64,000 nucleotides of DNA from the NCBI GenBank assembly GCA_045106895.1, contig JBGCFM010000149.1, positions 32,001 through 96,000 on the forward strand, read 5' to 3'. A program made the translations under genes and the position numbers. Below, one piece after another: positions 40,083 through 49,540 of the stretch. The notes beneath the pieces are model-generated. The model was not told the DNA's origin and ran no database searches. It was given only the letters and a program-made list of their open reading frames with translations. This stretch comes from Polyangiales bacterium (lineage in GTDB: Bacteria; Myxococcota_A; Polyangia; Polyangiales; Houyiibacteriaceae). Each line of letters opens with the position of its first letter. The first letter of the stretch is position 1.

Positions 40083-40877
40083 CTACTCCGCGGCGTCAGC
40101 GGCCCAGCCTGCTTCGATGTGTGCTCGCATGGCCGCGCACTCCCCCGGGAGCGTGTCGCACTCGCACAAGTCCTCGAACGCTTGAATCTGGACCGCCACA
40201 TCTTCGCCGAGGACAAAGCGAGTCGCCGCCGCCTCCACCGCTCGGGCCCAAAGCAGAGCCGGGACATCGCCCCCGGCGGGAGCGATGCTGACGGCCTGCT
40301 CCACCCGCAGACCTCGCCCAAGCGTCACTCGTATTTGAGGGACCACACCGCGGCTCAAGTCCGGATAGAAGAGCTGAGCGACAAGTCGCGGCGGCCCTTC
40401 CGTCGCCCGCCCAACGAGGCACCCTTCTCCGCCGTACGCCGCGAAGTCGACGTGACGTTCCACGGCGCCGCCGTCCACCACCTCCACCATCGACGCGCAA
40501 GTGACGCCGCGTACCACGTCCGGCGCCGTCACGAGGAGCTCGAGGTGGCCGTTTCCGTCAGAATCAAGGGTGCCGGGAGCGAGGCGCACCCACGAACGTG
40601 AATGGGCTTCCGAGGGCGCTGTCACGGCGAGAACCCAGCCGCGCTCGCTCGCCACGCGCACCACGGTACGCCCGTCCGGGTGGTGAGCCCCAAACGCGGC
40701 GAAGCCCTCGGCATCTTCTCGCGTGTCGAGGACAAAGCCCTGGGCTTGAAACGACGCAAGAGCGCTATCCACGGCGTCGCTTGGGTCCATGCCTCCGTGA
40801 ATCTCCGCCGCCGGGTTCAACGCGCTCTGGCCAGCGCAGGCCGCGACGAAGAAGCTCAGACTCAGAAGACGCCTCAC
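40083..40877 (-). CDS. Hypothetical lipoprotein
   Basis: Probable GTG start, FFVAAC lipobox, DSDGNG motif. Confidence 0.6.
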   Translation of the reverse strand: MRRLLSLSFFVAACAGQSALNPAAEIHGGMDPSDAVDSALASFQAQGFVLDTREDAEGFAAFGAHHPDGRTVVRVASERGWVLAVTAPSEAHSRSWVRLAPGTLDSDGNGHLELLVTAPDVVRGVTCASMVEVVDGGAVERHVDFAAYGGEGCLVGRATEGPPRLVAQLFYPDLSRGVVPQIRVTLGRGLRVEQAVSIAPAGGDVPALLWARAVEAAATRFVLGEDVAVQIQAFEDLCECDTLPGECAAMRAHIEAGWAADAAE

Positions 40878-40922
40878 CCTCCGAGGCTGGCCTATAGACC
40901 TCGCTCGTGCCAAGTCCTCTTC

Positions 40923-41396
40923 ATGGCGATTTCCTCCGGACTCTATCGAACGACCCTCGCGCACCCACTCAAGCCCGACGCGATCGGCAAAGACATGCTC
41001 GTCTTTGTAGGCACACGCGACGACGGTCCATTTGTGGTTCACCCCCACTACAACGAAAAGAACCGATGGTTCTGGCGCGACCCCGTCGTCCCCCTGACGG
41101 ACGAAGTTTGGTCAAAGACCCTCAAGCCGCTTCGCACGGAGGGCTACTACACGTTGCCCAAGACGCTGAACTTTGAAGGCGGCGGTAAGTGGCTCAAGGA
41201 CGCCATCGTTCAGCTCGGCTACGACCGTACGGGTCACGGCATCCTCTTCATCGCCGAGCGACGCGATGCGGCGGAAGAGAACGCACTTTGGTTCAGCGCC
41301 AACGGCCATCGCATTGAAGACGATCTTCTTGCGGAGCTTCGTTGGGCACCGATCTTGCCCGTCAGCGAAGTGCCGAACGGCCAGCTCAAGCACTAG
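40923..41396 (+). CDS. Hypothetical protein
   Basis: Strong GC3 bias, Trp-rich globular sequence (VQLGY motif). Confidence 0.7.
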   Translation: MAISSGLYRTTLAHPLKPDAIGKDMLVFVGTRDDGPFVVHPHYNEKNRWFWRDPVVPLTDEVWSKTLKPLRTEGYYTLPKTLNFEGGGKWLKDAIVQLGYDRTGHGILFIAERRDAAEENALWFSANGHRIEDDLLAELRWAPILPVSEVPNGQLKH

Positions 41397-41452
41397 TCTG
41401 AATCAAGCACTAGTCCAAACAACTCCCAAGCCCTTGCGCCGAAGAGGCGCGC

Positions 41453-42067
41453 ATGTGGAAAAACATCGCGCGCGGTTTCGTCGATCTGGTCGCCCCTCGG
41501 CATTGCCCGGGGTGTGACGTCCTGCTCGGGGAGGACACGCTGAGTTTCTGCGCCGCCTGCGCGCCACTCCTTGAGCCATGCGAGGGACCAGCGTGCTTCG
41601 AATACGGCGGGCCTCTGGCGGACGCAATTCGCCGCCTGAAGTACGAGGCACGGGTGGATCTTGTGGCCCCGCTGGCCGCGCTGTGGGTACCTCAAGGACA
41701 GGACCACGCGGGGCACGTGGACGTCGTCATTCCCATGCCGGTCCATGCTCGACGTCTACGAAAGCGGCGGATCGATTGGGTCGCCCTCCTGGCCGAGCCC
41801 CTCGCCGAGTCGTTGGGCGTCCCTCTCGACACACGACGTCTCGCGCGTATTCGTGACACCCAGGTGCAAGCCTCGCTCCCACGAGCCGCCCGCGACATGA
41901 ATGTGCGCGGTGCGTTCAAAGCGCGAAGAGACGACACGCACCGGCGTGTGCTTCTTGTCGATGATGTCCGTACCACTGGCGCCACCATGCGCGCAGCAAC
42001 AGGGGCGCTCTACCGCGCCGGAGCATCGCGGGTTCGTGTCATGGCGCTTGCGGGCGTCCTTGAGTGA
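41453..42067 (+). CDS. comF: ComF family phosphoribosyltransferase-like protein
   Basis: CPGC..CAAC zinc ribbon, LKY, LLVDDVRTTGAT. Confidence 0.9.
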   Translation: MWKNIARGFVDLVAPRHCPGCDVLLGEDTLSFCAACAPLLEPCEGPACFEYGGPLADAIRRLKYEARVDLVAPLAALWVPQGQDHAGHVDVVIPMPVHARRLRKRRIDWVALLAEPLAESLGVPLDTRRLARIRDTQVQASLPRAARDMNVRGAFKARRDDTHRRVLLVDDVRTTGATMRAATGALYRAGASRVRVMALAGVLE

Positions 42068-42073
42068 GCCGCG

Positions 42074-42514
42074 CTAGTGGTTGTAGGGTTCGTTCCGCAG
42101 AATCGTGAACGCGCGGTACACCTGCTCCGCGAGAAATAGGCGCGCGAGGCGATGTGGAAGCGTCATCGCGGAGAGCGAGAGCTTGAGGTCCGCCTCGTCG
42201 GAGATGGCCTTGGGCAAGCCGTAGCTACCGCCGATAAGAAACACGATGGATTGAACGCCGTCGTTCTCACAGCGCCCCACGAACTTTGCGAGTTTCTCCG
42301 ACGTGTAGGCTTTGCCGAGGACTTCAAGGGCAACGACACGACTCCGGTCGGGAATCGCCTTGCGAAAACGAGCCTCCACGGTGGCTTCGTCCCCATCGCG
42401 CAGCTCCACTTCCCGAAAGCGCCCGTAGCGTCCGATGCGCCCGAAGTAGTCATCGAGCGCATCCCGCAGGCCGTGCTTTTTGATCTTGCCAACGGCGATG
42501 AGGTGAACCTGCAC
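42074..42514 (-). CDS. rlmH: 23S rRNA pseudouridine(1915)-N3 methyltransferase
   Basis: FLIGGSYG, LSLSAMTLPH, EQVYRA..PYNH. Confidence 0.96.
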   Translation of the reverse strand: MQVHLIAVGKIKKHGLRDALDDYFGRIGRYGRFREVELRDGDEATVEARFRKAIPDRSRVVALEVLGKAYTSEKLAKFVGRCENDGVQSIVFLIGGSYGLPKAISDEADLKLSLSAMTLPHRLARLFLAEQVYRAFTILRNEPYNH

Positions 42515-42529
42515 GCCCGCGGACTTTTC

Positions 42530-42943
42530 CTAGACGTCGACCTCAACGCGCGCCGCGTCGATCCAAAGGGACTCCAGGTCGTAGTAGCCGCGCGTGTCTT
42601 CATGAAAGATGTGCACGATGACGTCGGAGTAGTCCATTAGGACCCACTGGCCTTGGGGCAACCCTTCCACACCGAAGCAGGCCTCGCCGTGGTCGACCTT
42701 CATTGTGGTCTGCACACCCTTGGCGATAGCCGCGACCTGGCGTTCGCTTCGGCCACTCATGATGACGACGAAGTCGGTGTAATCGACCTTGCCGCGCACA
42801 TCGATGATCTCGACCTGAAGCGCCTTCTTGTCCATGCCGGCAGCGGCGACGTGAAGAGCCAAGGCTTTCGCCCCGTCGGCGTCGCGTCGTGCGGGGCGTG
42901 GGGTGGCCAGCTTCTCTCGGATTTTATCGGACGTTTCGCTCAC
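42530..42943 (-). CDS. rsfS: Ribosome silencing factor
   Basis: DKKA, SERQV, WVLMDYSDVIVHIF..R.YYDLE.LW. Confidence 0.96.
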   Translation of the reverse strand: MSETSDKIREKLATPRPARRDADGAKALALHVAAAGMDKKALQVEIIDVRGKVDYTDFVVIMSGRSERQVAAIAKGVQTTMKVDHGEACFGVEGLPQGQWVLMDYSDVIVHIFHEDTRGYYDLESLWIDAARVEVDV

Positions 42944-42960
42944 TCAGATTCCTGTTCTTT

Positions 42961-43021
42961 TCTTTCTTTGAGGAAACCTCGGGGAAGTTTCCTCGCCGCA
43001 GCAGGCGGCTCACGTTCAAAC
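42961..43021 (-). repeat. 61-bp dispersed structured element, copy B
   Basis: Minus strand GTTTGAACGTGAGCCGCCTGCTGCGGCGAGGAAACTTCCCCGAGGTTTCCTCAAAGAAAGA. Confidence 0.85.
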
Positions 43022-43111
43022 TCTGGTGCCGACGGCATCGCCGTGGCTTCTCGCGGAGCATCACCTCCGCTGGATCACGATGCAAGCCGGCGGGCTTCGT
43101 GGTCTCCGCGC

Positions 43112-44392
43112 TTAGGCGCGAACCTGGCCTTTTCCGCGAACGACCCACTTGAGCGCGCAAAGTTCTTCAAGCCCCATAGGACCGTAAGCGTGCAGTTTCG
43201 TTGTGGAAATGCCCATCTCAGCGCCAAGACCGAGCTGGCCACCGTCGTTGAAACGTGTGCTCGCGTTGACCAAGACTACGCCCGCATCGACTTCGTGAAG
43301 CCATCGCTCGCACGCGACGCTGTCTTCGCTCACGATGGACTCGCTATGAAGGCTGCCGTGGCGGGCGACGTGGTCGAGTGCTCCGTCGATGCCCTGGACG
43401 ATGGCGACGTTGAGGTCGAGGGCGAGGTACTCGCGATCAAAGTCGGCATCGACGGAGGCGTCCGGCAGCCACTTCGCCGCCTCGTCGTCCACGTGAAGTT
43501 GCACGTTCGCTGCTTTCATCGCCGCATCGAGCATCGGCAAGAAGAGCGGCGCGATGAGCCCATCGACGAGCACGGTCTCCGTAGAGTTGCACGCGCTTGG
43601 CCGCTGGGCCTTGCCGTTGACGACGATGGAGAGCGCTTGGTCCAGCTTCGCCGCGGCGTCGACGTACACATGACAGACGCCCTTGTAGTGACGGATCACG
43701 GGGACTCGAGCGTTCTCGGCCACGAAACGAATCAAGCCTTCTCCGCCTCGCGGAATCACGAGGTCGAGGACGCCGTCGAGCTGGATCATCTCGAGCGTTG
43801 CGCTCCGGTCCGTCGTCGGTAGCAGGCACGCGCACTCCGCACCGAAGCCTTCTTGCTCCAGGGCGTCGGCGAGAACGCTGGACAGAACGGTGTTCGTTCG
43901 GAAGGCCTCTTTTCCGCCACGGAGCAGGACCGCGTTTCCGCTCTTGATGCACAGCGCAGCGGCGTCGATGGTGACGTTGGGCCGCGACTCGTACACGATT
44001 CCGATCAGACCAATGGGCACGCGCATTCGCGCCACGTCGAGTCCGTTCGGCAAGCGACGACGCTGCTCGACGGCGCCAACGGGGTCGTTGAGGTGGGCGA
44101 CCTGGCGCACGCTCGCGACGACATCCGCGAGGCGTTTCTCATCGAGGCGGAGCCGATCGACCATCGCCGGGGCGAGCCCCGCGGCCTCGGCGGCGCTTAC
44201 ATCCTCGGCGTTCGCCAAGAGGATCTCAGCGCTTTTGGCCTCCAGACCCACCCCAATGCGGAGTAAAACCGCGTCTTTGTGGGCACTTGGCGCCTTCGCC
44301 AGAGCCCGCGCGGCGGACTTCGCGCGTCGCGCGAGGGCCTCCACGCTGAAGCCCACGCTTGGATTCTGGCTGGCTGAGAGTTCGGCGTTCAC
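43112..44392 (-). CDS. proA: Gamma-glutamyl phosphate reductase
   Basis: YESRPNVT, IPRGG, CNSTET, NASTRFNDG, GISTTKLHAYGPMGL. Confidence 0.97.
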   Translation of the reverse strand: MNAELSASQNPSVGFSVEALARRAKSAARALAKAPSAHKDAVLLRIGVGLEAKSAEILLANAEDVSAAEAAGLAPAMVDRLRLDEKRLADVVASVRQVAHLNDPVGAVEQRRRLPNGLDVARMRVPIGLIGIVYESRPNVTIDAAALCIKSGNAVLLRGGKEAFRTNTVLSSVLADALEQEGFGAECACLLPTTDRSATLEMIQLDGVLDLVIPRGGEGLIRFVAENARVPVIRHYKGVCHVYVDAAAKLDQALSIVVNGKAQRPSACNSTETVLVDGLIAPLFLPMLDAAMKAANVQLHVDDEAAKWLPDASVDADFDREYLALDLNVAIVQGIDGALDHVARHGSLHSESIVSEDSVACERWLHEVDAGVVLVNASTRFNDGGQLGLGAEMGISTTKLHAYGPMGLEELCALKWVVRGKGQVRA

Positions 44393-44446
44393 GGGCTGAA
44401 GGTAGCGCCATTTTCGCAAGGGTCCACGGGGAATGAGCCAGATGAC

Positions 44447-45520
44447 TCAGAGCATCACAAGGTCGTCGCGGTGGACTACGATCGTACCCTGGGCGCCGAC
44501 GAGAGCCCGCGCTTCAGCGCTGTTTTGGCGAACGAGTCCGCGTGCGATGAGCCCTTGCGGCCCCTCCAACGCCACGGCGTCGCCTGCGACGAACTCCCCG
44601 TCCACCTGACGAAGCCCCGCGGACAGCAGGCTCGCTCCACTTTGCAGCGCCGAGAGTGCCCCCGCGTCGATGTGCAGAGTCCCCCGCGCCCTTAGCGTGA
44701 AGGCGATCCACGCCTTGCGCGAAGGCAGGCTCGCGCCGCCGGGAACGAAGAGCGTGCCGACATCTTCGCCGCCAAGAAGCCGCTCCAAGATAAGCGGATC
44801 GCTTGCATCAGCGACGAACGCGGCGGCACCGGACCTTGTACCGCGTCGCGCCGCCTCGACCTTGCTGCTCATTCCGCCGGAGCCCACGTCGTCGGTGGGC
44901 TCCTCGATGTAGTCACTCAGATCCATGTCCGGGGTGACCGTTGAGATGCGCTTGCCGCCCTCGCCGCGGACGCCTTCGACGTCGCTCAAAAGGACCAGTA
45001 CATCGGCGCCGATGAGCGTACAAACCATCGCAGCGAGCTGGTCGTTGTCACCGAAGCGGATCTCGTCGACGGCGACGGCGTCGTTCTCGTTGATGATAGG
45101 AATGGCGGGCGTGGAGAGGATTCCCTCGAGGGCTCGCCGAGCGTTGAGAAAACGGCCGCGCTCGGCGAGGTCGGCGTGCGTAAGCAGTACTTGGGCGACG
45201 GGGATCTTGTGCGGCGCGAACGCGTCCCCGTATGCATTCATCAGCGCCGACTGGCCGATGGCCGAGGCCGCTTGGAGCTGTGCCAGGTCCGTGGGCCGCT
45301 CCTTCATCGACAAGACCCCCCGGCCCATCGCGATGGCGCCGGAGGACACCAACACGATGGCGCGCCCCTCACAGTCGGCCCGGAGCTCGGCGACCTGTTT
45401 GGCGAGAGACTCAAAGCGACCCGGCTGTGAAACGAGGGAACGAGAGCCGATTTTGACGACCACGCGGCGCGCGCCCTTGAGAGCCGCCCTTATCTCTTGC
45501 TCGATGTTTTTCTCGTTCAC
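44447..45520 (-). CDS. proB: Glutamate 5-kinase
   Basis: VVKIGS, VSSGAI, INEND, GDND, GGMSSK, PUA domain. Confidence 0.97.
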   Translation of the reverse strand: MNEKNIEQEIRAALKGARRVVVKIGSRSLVSQPGRFESLAKQVAELRADCEGRAIVLVSSGAIAMGRGVLSMKERPTDLAQLQAASAIGQSALMNAYGDAFAPHKIPVAQVLLTHADLAERGRFLNARRALEGILSTPAIPIINENDAVAVDEIRFGDNDQLAAMVCTLIGADVLVLLSDVEGVRGEGGKRISTVTPDMDLSDYIEEPTDDVGSGGMSSKVEAARRGTRSGAAAFVADASDPLILERLLGGEDVGTLFVPGGASLPSRKAWIAFTLRARGTLHIDAGALSALQSGASLLSAGLRQVDGEFVAGDAVALEGPQGLIARGLVRQNSAEARALVGAQGTIVVHRDDLVML

Positions 45521-45617
45521 CGCCGTGATCTCCCGATTTACATGGTCATTTAGATGAAAAAGACGGGAATGCGACCCGCTCCGTGGGGTAATTCAATCTG
45601 GGGAGCGTAATGAGAGC

Positions 45618-48600
45618 ATGAGTTCAGAGCTTTATCCGCCTGCGCCGTTTGGAATTCCGGCGGACCTCGCCACGCCATCGGCTCGCTACAAGCGTCAAAC
45701 GGCCGCCGCCGTTGTTGGCGTCGCGCTCTTCTTCATCTTCTATTTCTGCCTCACAGGCTGGTTCGCCCTTGTGGCGTATCGCGCCGTTCGGGGCTTTGCC
45801 TCACACCCCGAACGCACCTTCCTCATCGGTATTCCCGCCGCTTTCCTGTTCGTGATTCTCGCCAAGGGTTTGTTCGCGCGAAAGAAGATGTCGCGGGACT
45901 CTCTTTTTGAGCTGAGCGCGGAAGAGGAGCCGGACTTTGTGGCCTTCGTTCACCAGGTCGCGAAGGAGACAGGCGCCAAGCTGCCCGCAAAGATCTATCT
46001 CTCGCCGGACGTGAACGCAGCGGTCTTCCTCGATGTGGGACTCATCAACCTGCTGGTCCCGACGAAGAAGAACCTTGTCGTTGGGCTTGGTCTCATCAAC
46101 AGCCTCACCCTCGACGAACTCAAGGCCGTCATCGCACACGAGTTCGGTCACTTCGCGCAACGCTCGATGGGCGTCGGCCAGTGGGTCTACCTGGCCAGAG
46201 GGTTCGTTTCCGACCTCATCGCGCGGCGCGACATCTTCGACCGTTTCATTCAGGGGCTCTCGCACACGGACTTCCGCATCGCTTGGATCGGCTGGATATT
46301 TCGAGTGCTCGTGTGGGCCCTTCGCGCCGTCGTCGATCAATTCTTCCGCTTCGTCGAGCTACTAGGTCGCGCCTTGTCTCGGCAAATGGAGTTCCAAGCG
46401 GACCTCGTGTCTGTGCGCGTCAGCGGCAGCGATAGCCTCGTCCACGCGCTGCATAGGCTGCACGCCGCCGACCGTGGATGGGGCGAAGCCGCGAACTTCG
46501 TCGCCAACGACGCCCGCCGCGGCCGCATGTCGGAAGACCTCTTTGCCGTGCAAACCCGTTTTGTGGAGCGCTACCGTGAGGTCCACGCCCTCGCCACGCA
46601 CGGCGCCACGCCCGAGCGTCCGGAGCGTGACGCGGCGACGCACCGGGTCTTCGCCCGCACGATCGCAGATACGCCCCGAATGTGGTCCACGCACCCTTCC
46701 AACAAGGACCGCGAAGAGAACTGCAAAGCGACCTACTTCAAATCCAACCTCGACGCGCGCAGCGCCTGGGCTGTGTTTCGCGACGCCGACAAGGTTCGAC
46801 GTCGCGTCACGCGACACTTCATCGAGTTGGTACTCACTGGCCCTCCCGGGTCGAGCCCACCACACAACGTACCGGAGAAGGTGTTCGTGCCCCTCGACGA
46901 GAGCTTGGCGCGCGTCGACGAGTTCTTCGATCGGCCCTCCCTCGACCGCAGGTATCAGGGCCTCTACACAACCATGCAGCTGACGCGAGCGATCAAACGG
47001 GACGCCCCGCTTTGCGCAGAACCCGCCGGAGCACTCGACAAGGACCAGCTCCTCACTGCGTTTGAGCGAACGTTCTCGCCGGACGTCGCGGACGAAGTCG
47101 AAGAATACTTCTCGCTCAACGAAGAGCTCGCCAACCTCGAGGGCCTTCGTATCGGTTTCCTGAAGGCGCCCGGCGGCATCATCGTCCATCGAGGAGAGCA
47201 GCTGCGTCGAAAGGACCTGGAGAGCGCCGTGGATTCCGTTCGCACGGAGGTTGAAGCAAACCGCGCCTCCCTTGGAGAGCGCTTCCGTCGCGCACGAGGC
47301 ATCGCGATGCGCATCGCGCGCGGCGTCGACGCGCAACGCCCCGCCGGTGAAGACTGGAGCACCTGGGAGAAGCACCTCCAGGGTCTCCTCGATCTCCTCC
47401 GCTACGCCGAACACAGCGCGGCCCAGCTCGTCGACGTCGTTACCTATTTCGAGCACGTGTTGAACATCGTCTTTGCCGACGGCCACGTATCGAACTCCGA
47501 GTTTCGTCGCCTCGAAGTCGATGGCGCGCGCCTCGCACAGACTCTTCGAAAGATCTTCACACAGCGAACAAGCGTGCTCCTGTGTGATCCGGTGAGACTA
47601 CGGCTCACCAAGGATGGCATTTCTTGGGAAGCGCTCATCGGTCCCGAACTCCACCTTCAGGCGCCGCTGCGCAATGACTTCGCCCACGACTGGATCGGCA
47701 TCGCCTCGACGTGGTGGTCGCCATACCTCTCGTCGCTGCACGCTCTTACATCCAATACGCTGGACGTCCTCATCGAGACCGAGGAGCTGCTCCTCAGCAG
47801 CCTTCGAAAAGACAGTGACCCGGGAGACGCGCCCGCTGCAGCGAGCGTTCCCAAGAGCTACGACACGTTCTGTTACGGCGACGAGCTCAAGCGCCAAGAG
47901 CGACTCGGCTGGTGGGACCGTTTCCAGGTAGCCCAGGGCTTTGCCGGCGGCCTCATGCGCTTCGTCGTCGCAGGCGCTGTCCTCGCGCCAGCGTTTTTCG
48001 CTGGGTTTCTCACGTCAAAGATGGAGCTCTGGGTGCACAACGGCCTCGGCGTCCCCGTGATGGTGAGCGTCGCGGGCGAAGATGAGAGCATCGAGGTCTT
48101 TCCGGGTCGCCAGCAGCAGATTGAGGTCGCCGGCGATGCCCTTGAGATCGCGACGAGCACCCTCGGCGGGGAGCTCATCGAGACCTTCGTCTCCCCGGAC
48201 ATTAGCGGGATGTCCGATCCCGTTTACAACGTCGCCGGCGCCACCGGCTTCGCGCGTTGGTGGGCGGTGTATGGAACTGCCACTGAGCGAGACACCCAGT
48301 TTGAGCATGGGCGTTTTTTGGATGCCGACGCGCGACATGTCTTCCGCGATCCACCGCGGAGCATGTCCAGTAGCGGTTCTGGAACGTCGACCTCGGTGTT
48401 TGAAGCGATGGACAATCCGATTCAGCTCTTCTCGGCGTTCCCCCAGGAAGTGGCCCAAGAGATGGCCGCGGCACACCTGCAATGGGACCCCCCAAGCTCC
48501 CCGAACTATCTCTATTGGATCTACGCGCTCCCTGAAACTGAACGCAGCGCTCATGCGAACGCCCTCTACGAAGCTCAGCCCACGCCGCGTCTCCTCATGA

Positions 48601-49466
48601 TGGTCCTCTCGTTGATGAGCGCCGACGAGGAGGCCGACTTCTGCAACGCCGCGATGGCGGTCTCTTCGCCGACAGGGCAAGCCGCCGTCGAGGCTTCGTT
48701 CTGCGCACGGGACGCACAGATCATCACCCTCGCGAACACGAACTCGGATCCGTGGGTGCAGTTGATGGCCGGCGACCAAGCGTTCCGCGACCACCACTTT
48801 GACGTCGCCCTTCGCTACTACGGACGCGCCAGCCAGCTCCAGCAAAACAACGAAGCGAACCTCTCCTCCCGTCGTGCACGAACGCTCCGGCTTTTGGGAC
48901 GCTTCGCCGAAGCCATGGACCTGCCCTCGGATGGCGGCATGTACGACTTCTACAACGCCATCGAACGGCAGGGCCAGAGCGCTTGGGAGGCCGGTCACAC
49001 GGCTTGGGACCGGCAGAGCGGCACCTTCGATGCTGGCGATCTCTCGCGGCTCTCCGTGGCAACGATGGGCGACGAACTCGCCCTCGGCGCGGGCTCTTTG
49101 GGCGCGCCGGAGAGCTGGCGCGAAGCTCTGGCACGCTCCAACCAACCGTTTCAGCGCGCGAACGCGGCGGTCGTCGCCTGGGGGCTGAGCTGGGCGATGG
49201 ACGACGTGGCGCTTCGCGCGCGAGCAGCGCAGGCGTACGCCACCCTTGGGGGCTCCCTCGACCTCACCAGCCTCGACATGAACGCGTACCGGTCCCAGCC
49301 TGAGCAGCTCCTCGCGGGTGAGAGCCAACGTGGGCTCGAGCATCAAACCCAGACCCGCCTCGCTGGAATCATGGCGTGGGGCGACGACGCACCGCCGGAA
49401 TGGCGTACGTTCGTCGAAGCGGCACTCTTCATGGCCGAACGGCCCCACGTGGCTCCGGCACGGTAG
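45618..49466 (+). CDS. Large M48 family zinc metallopeptidase with C-terminal TPR-like region
   Basis: VNA, AHEFGH, EFQAD, STHP; second TM near residue 785; TPR-like helices. Confidence 0.85.
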   Translation: MSSELYPPAPFGIPADLATPSARYKRQTAAAVVGVALFFIFYFCLTGWFALVAYRAVRGFASHPERTFLIGIPAAFLFVILAKGLFARKKMSRDSLFELSAEEEPDFVAFVHQVAKETGAKLPAKIYLSPDVNAAVFLDVGLINLLVPTKKNLVVGLGLINSLTLDELKAVIAHEFGHFAQRSMGVGQWVYLARGFVSDLIARRDIFDRFIQGLSHTDFRIAWIGWIFRVLVWALRAVVDQFFRFVELLGRALSRQMEFQADLVSVRVSGSDSLVHALHRLHAADRGWGEAANFVANDARRGRMSEDLFAVQTRFVERYREVHALATHGATPERPERDAATHRVFARTIADTPRMWSTHPSNKDREENCKATYFKSNLDARSAWAVFRDADKVRRRVTRHFIELVLTGPPGSSPPHNVPEKVFVPLDESLARVDEFFDRPSLDRRYQGLYTTMQLTRAIKRDAPLCAEPAGALDKDQLLTAFERTFSPDVADEVEEYFSLNEELANLEGLRIGFLKAPGGIIVHRGEQLRRKDLESAVDSVRTEVEANRASLGERFRRARGIAMRIARGVDAQRPAGEDWSTWEKHLQGLLDLLRYAEHSAAQLVDVVTYFEHVLNIVFADGHVSNSEFRRLEVDGARLAQTLRKIFTQRTSVLLCDPVRLRLTKDGISWEALIGPELHLQAPLRNDFAHDWIGIASTWWSPYLSSLHALTSNTLDVLIETEELLLSSLRKDSDPGDAPAAASVPKSYDTFCYGDELKRQERLGWWDRFQVAQGFAGGLMRFVVAGAVLAPAFFAGFLTSKMELWVHNGLGVPVMVSVAGEDESIEVFPGRQQQIEVAGDALEIATSTLGGELIETFVSPDISGMSDPVYNVAGATGFARWWAVYGTATERDTQFEHGRFLDADARHVFRDPPRSMSSSGSGTSTSVFEAMDNPIQLFSAFPQEVAQEMAAAHLQWDPPSSPNYLYWIYALPETERSAHANALYEAQPTPRLLMMVLSLMSADEEADFCNAAMAVSSPTGQAAVEASFCARDAQIITLANTNSDPWVQLMAGDQAFRDHHFDVALRYYGRASQLQQNNEANLSSRRARTLRLLGRFAEAMDLPSDGGMYDFYNAIERQGQSAWEAGHTAWDRQSGTFDAGDLSRLSVATMGDELALGAGSLGAPESWREALARSNQPFQRANAAVVAWGLSWAMDDVALRARAAQAYATLGGSLDLTSLDMNAYRSQPEQLLAGESQRGLEHQTQTRLAGIMAWGDDAPPEWRTFVEAALFMAERPHVAPAR

Positions 49467-49540
49467 GCCCCTCATTGAAAGCCGCGCGGGAATAGGTCAC
49501 GAAGAGGACTTGTTCGATGTGAATCGCTACTATCCCCGCC

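Noticed and set aside
42961..43021. The 61-bp element as a hammerhead ribozyme, c-di-GMP riboswitch or sigmaE promoter
   Set aside because: It lacks the CUGANGA/GAAA core and the GEMM consensus, and the AACTT to TCAAA spacing (12-13) is too short for sigmaE
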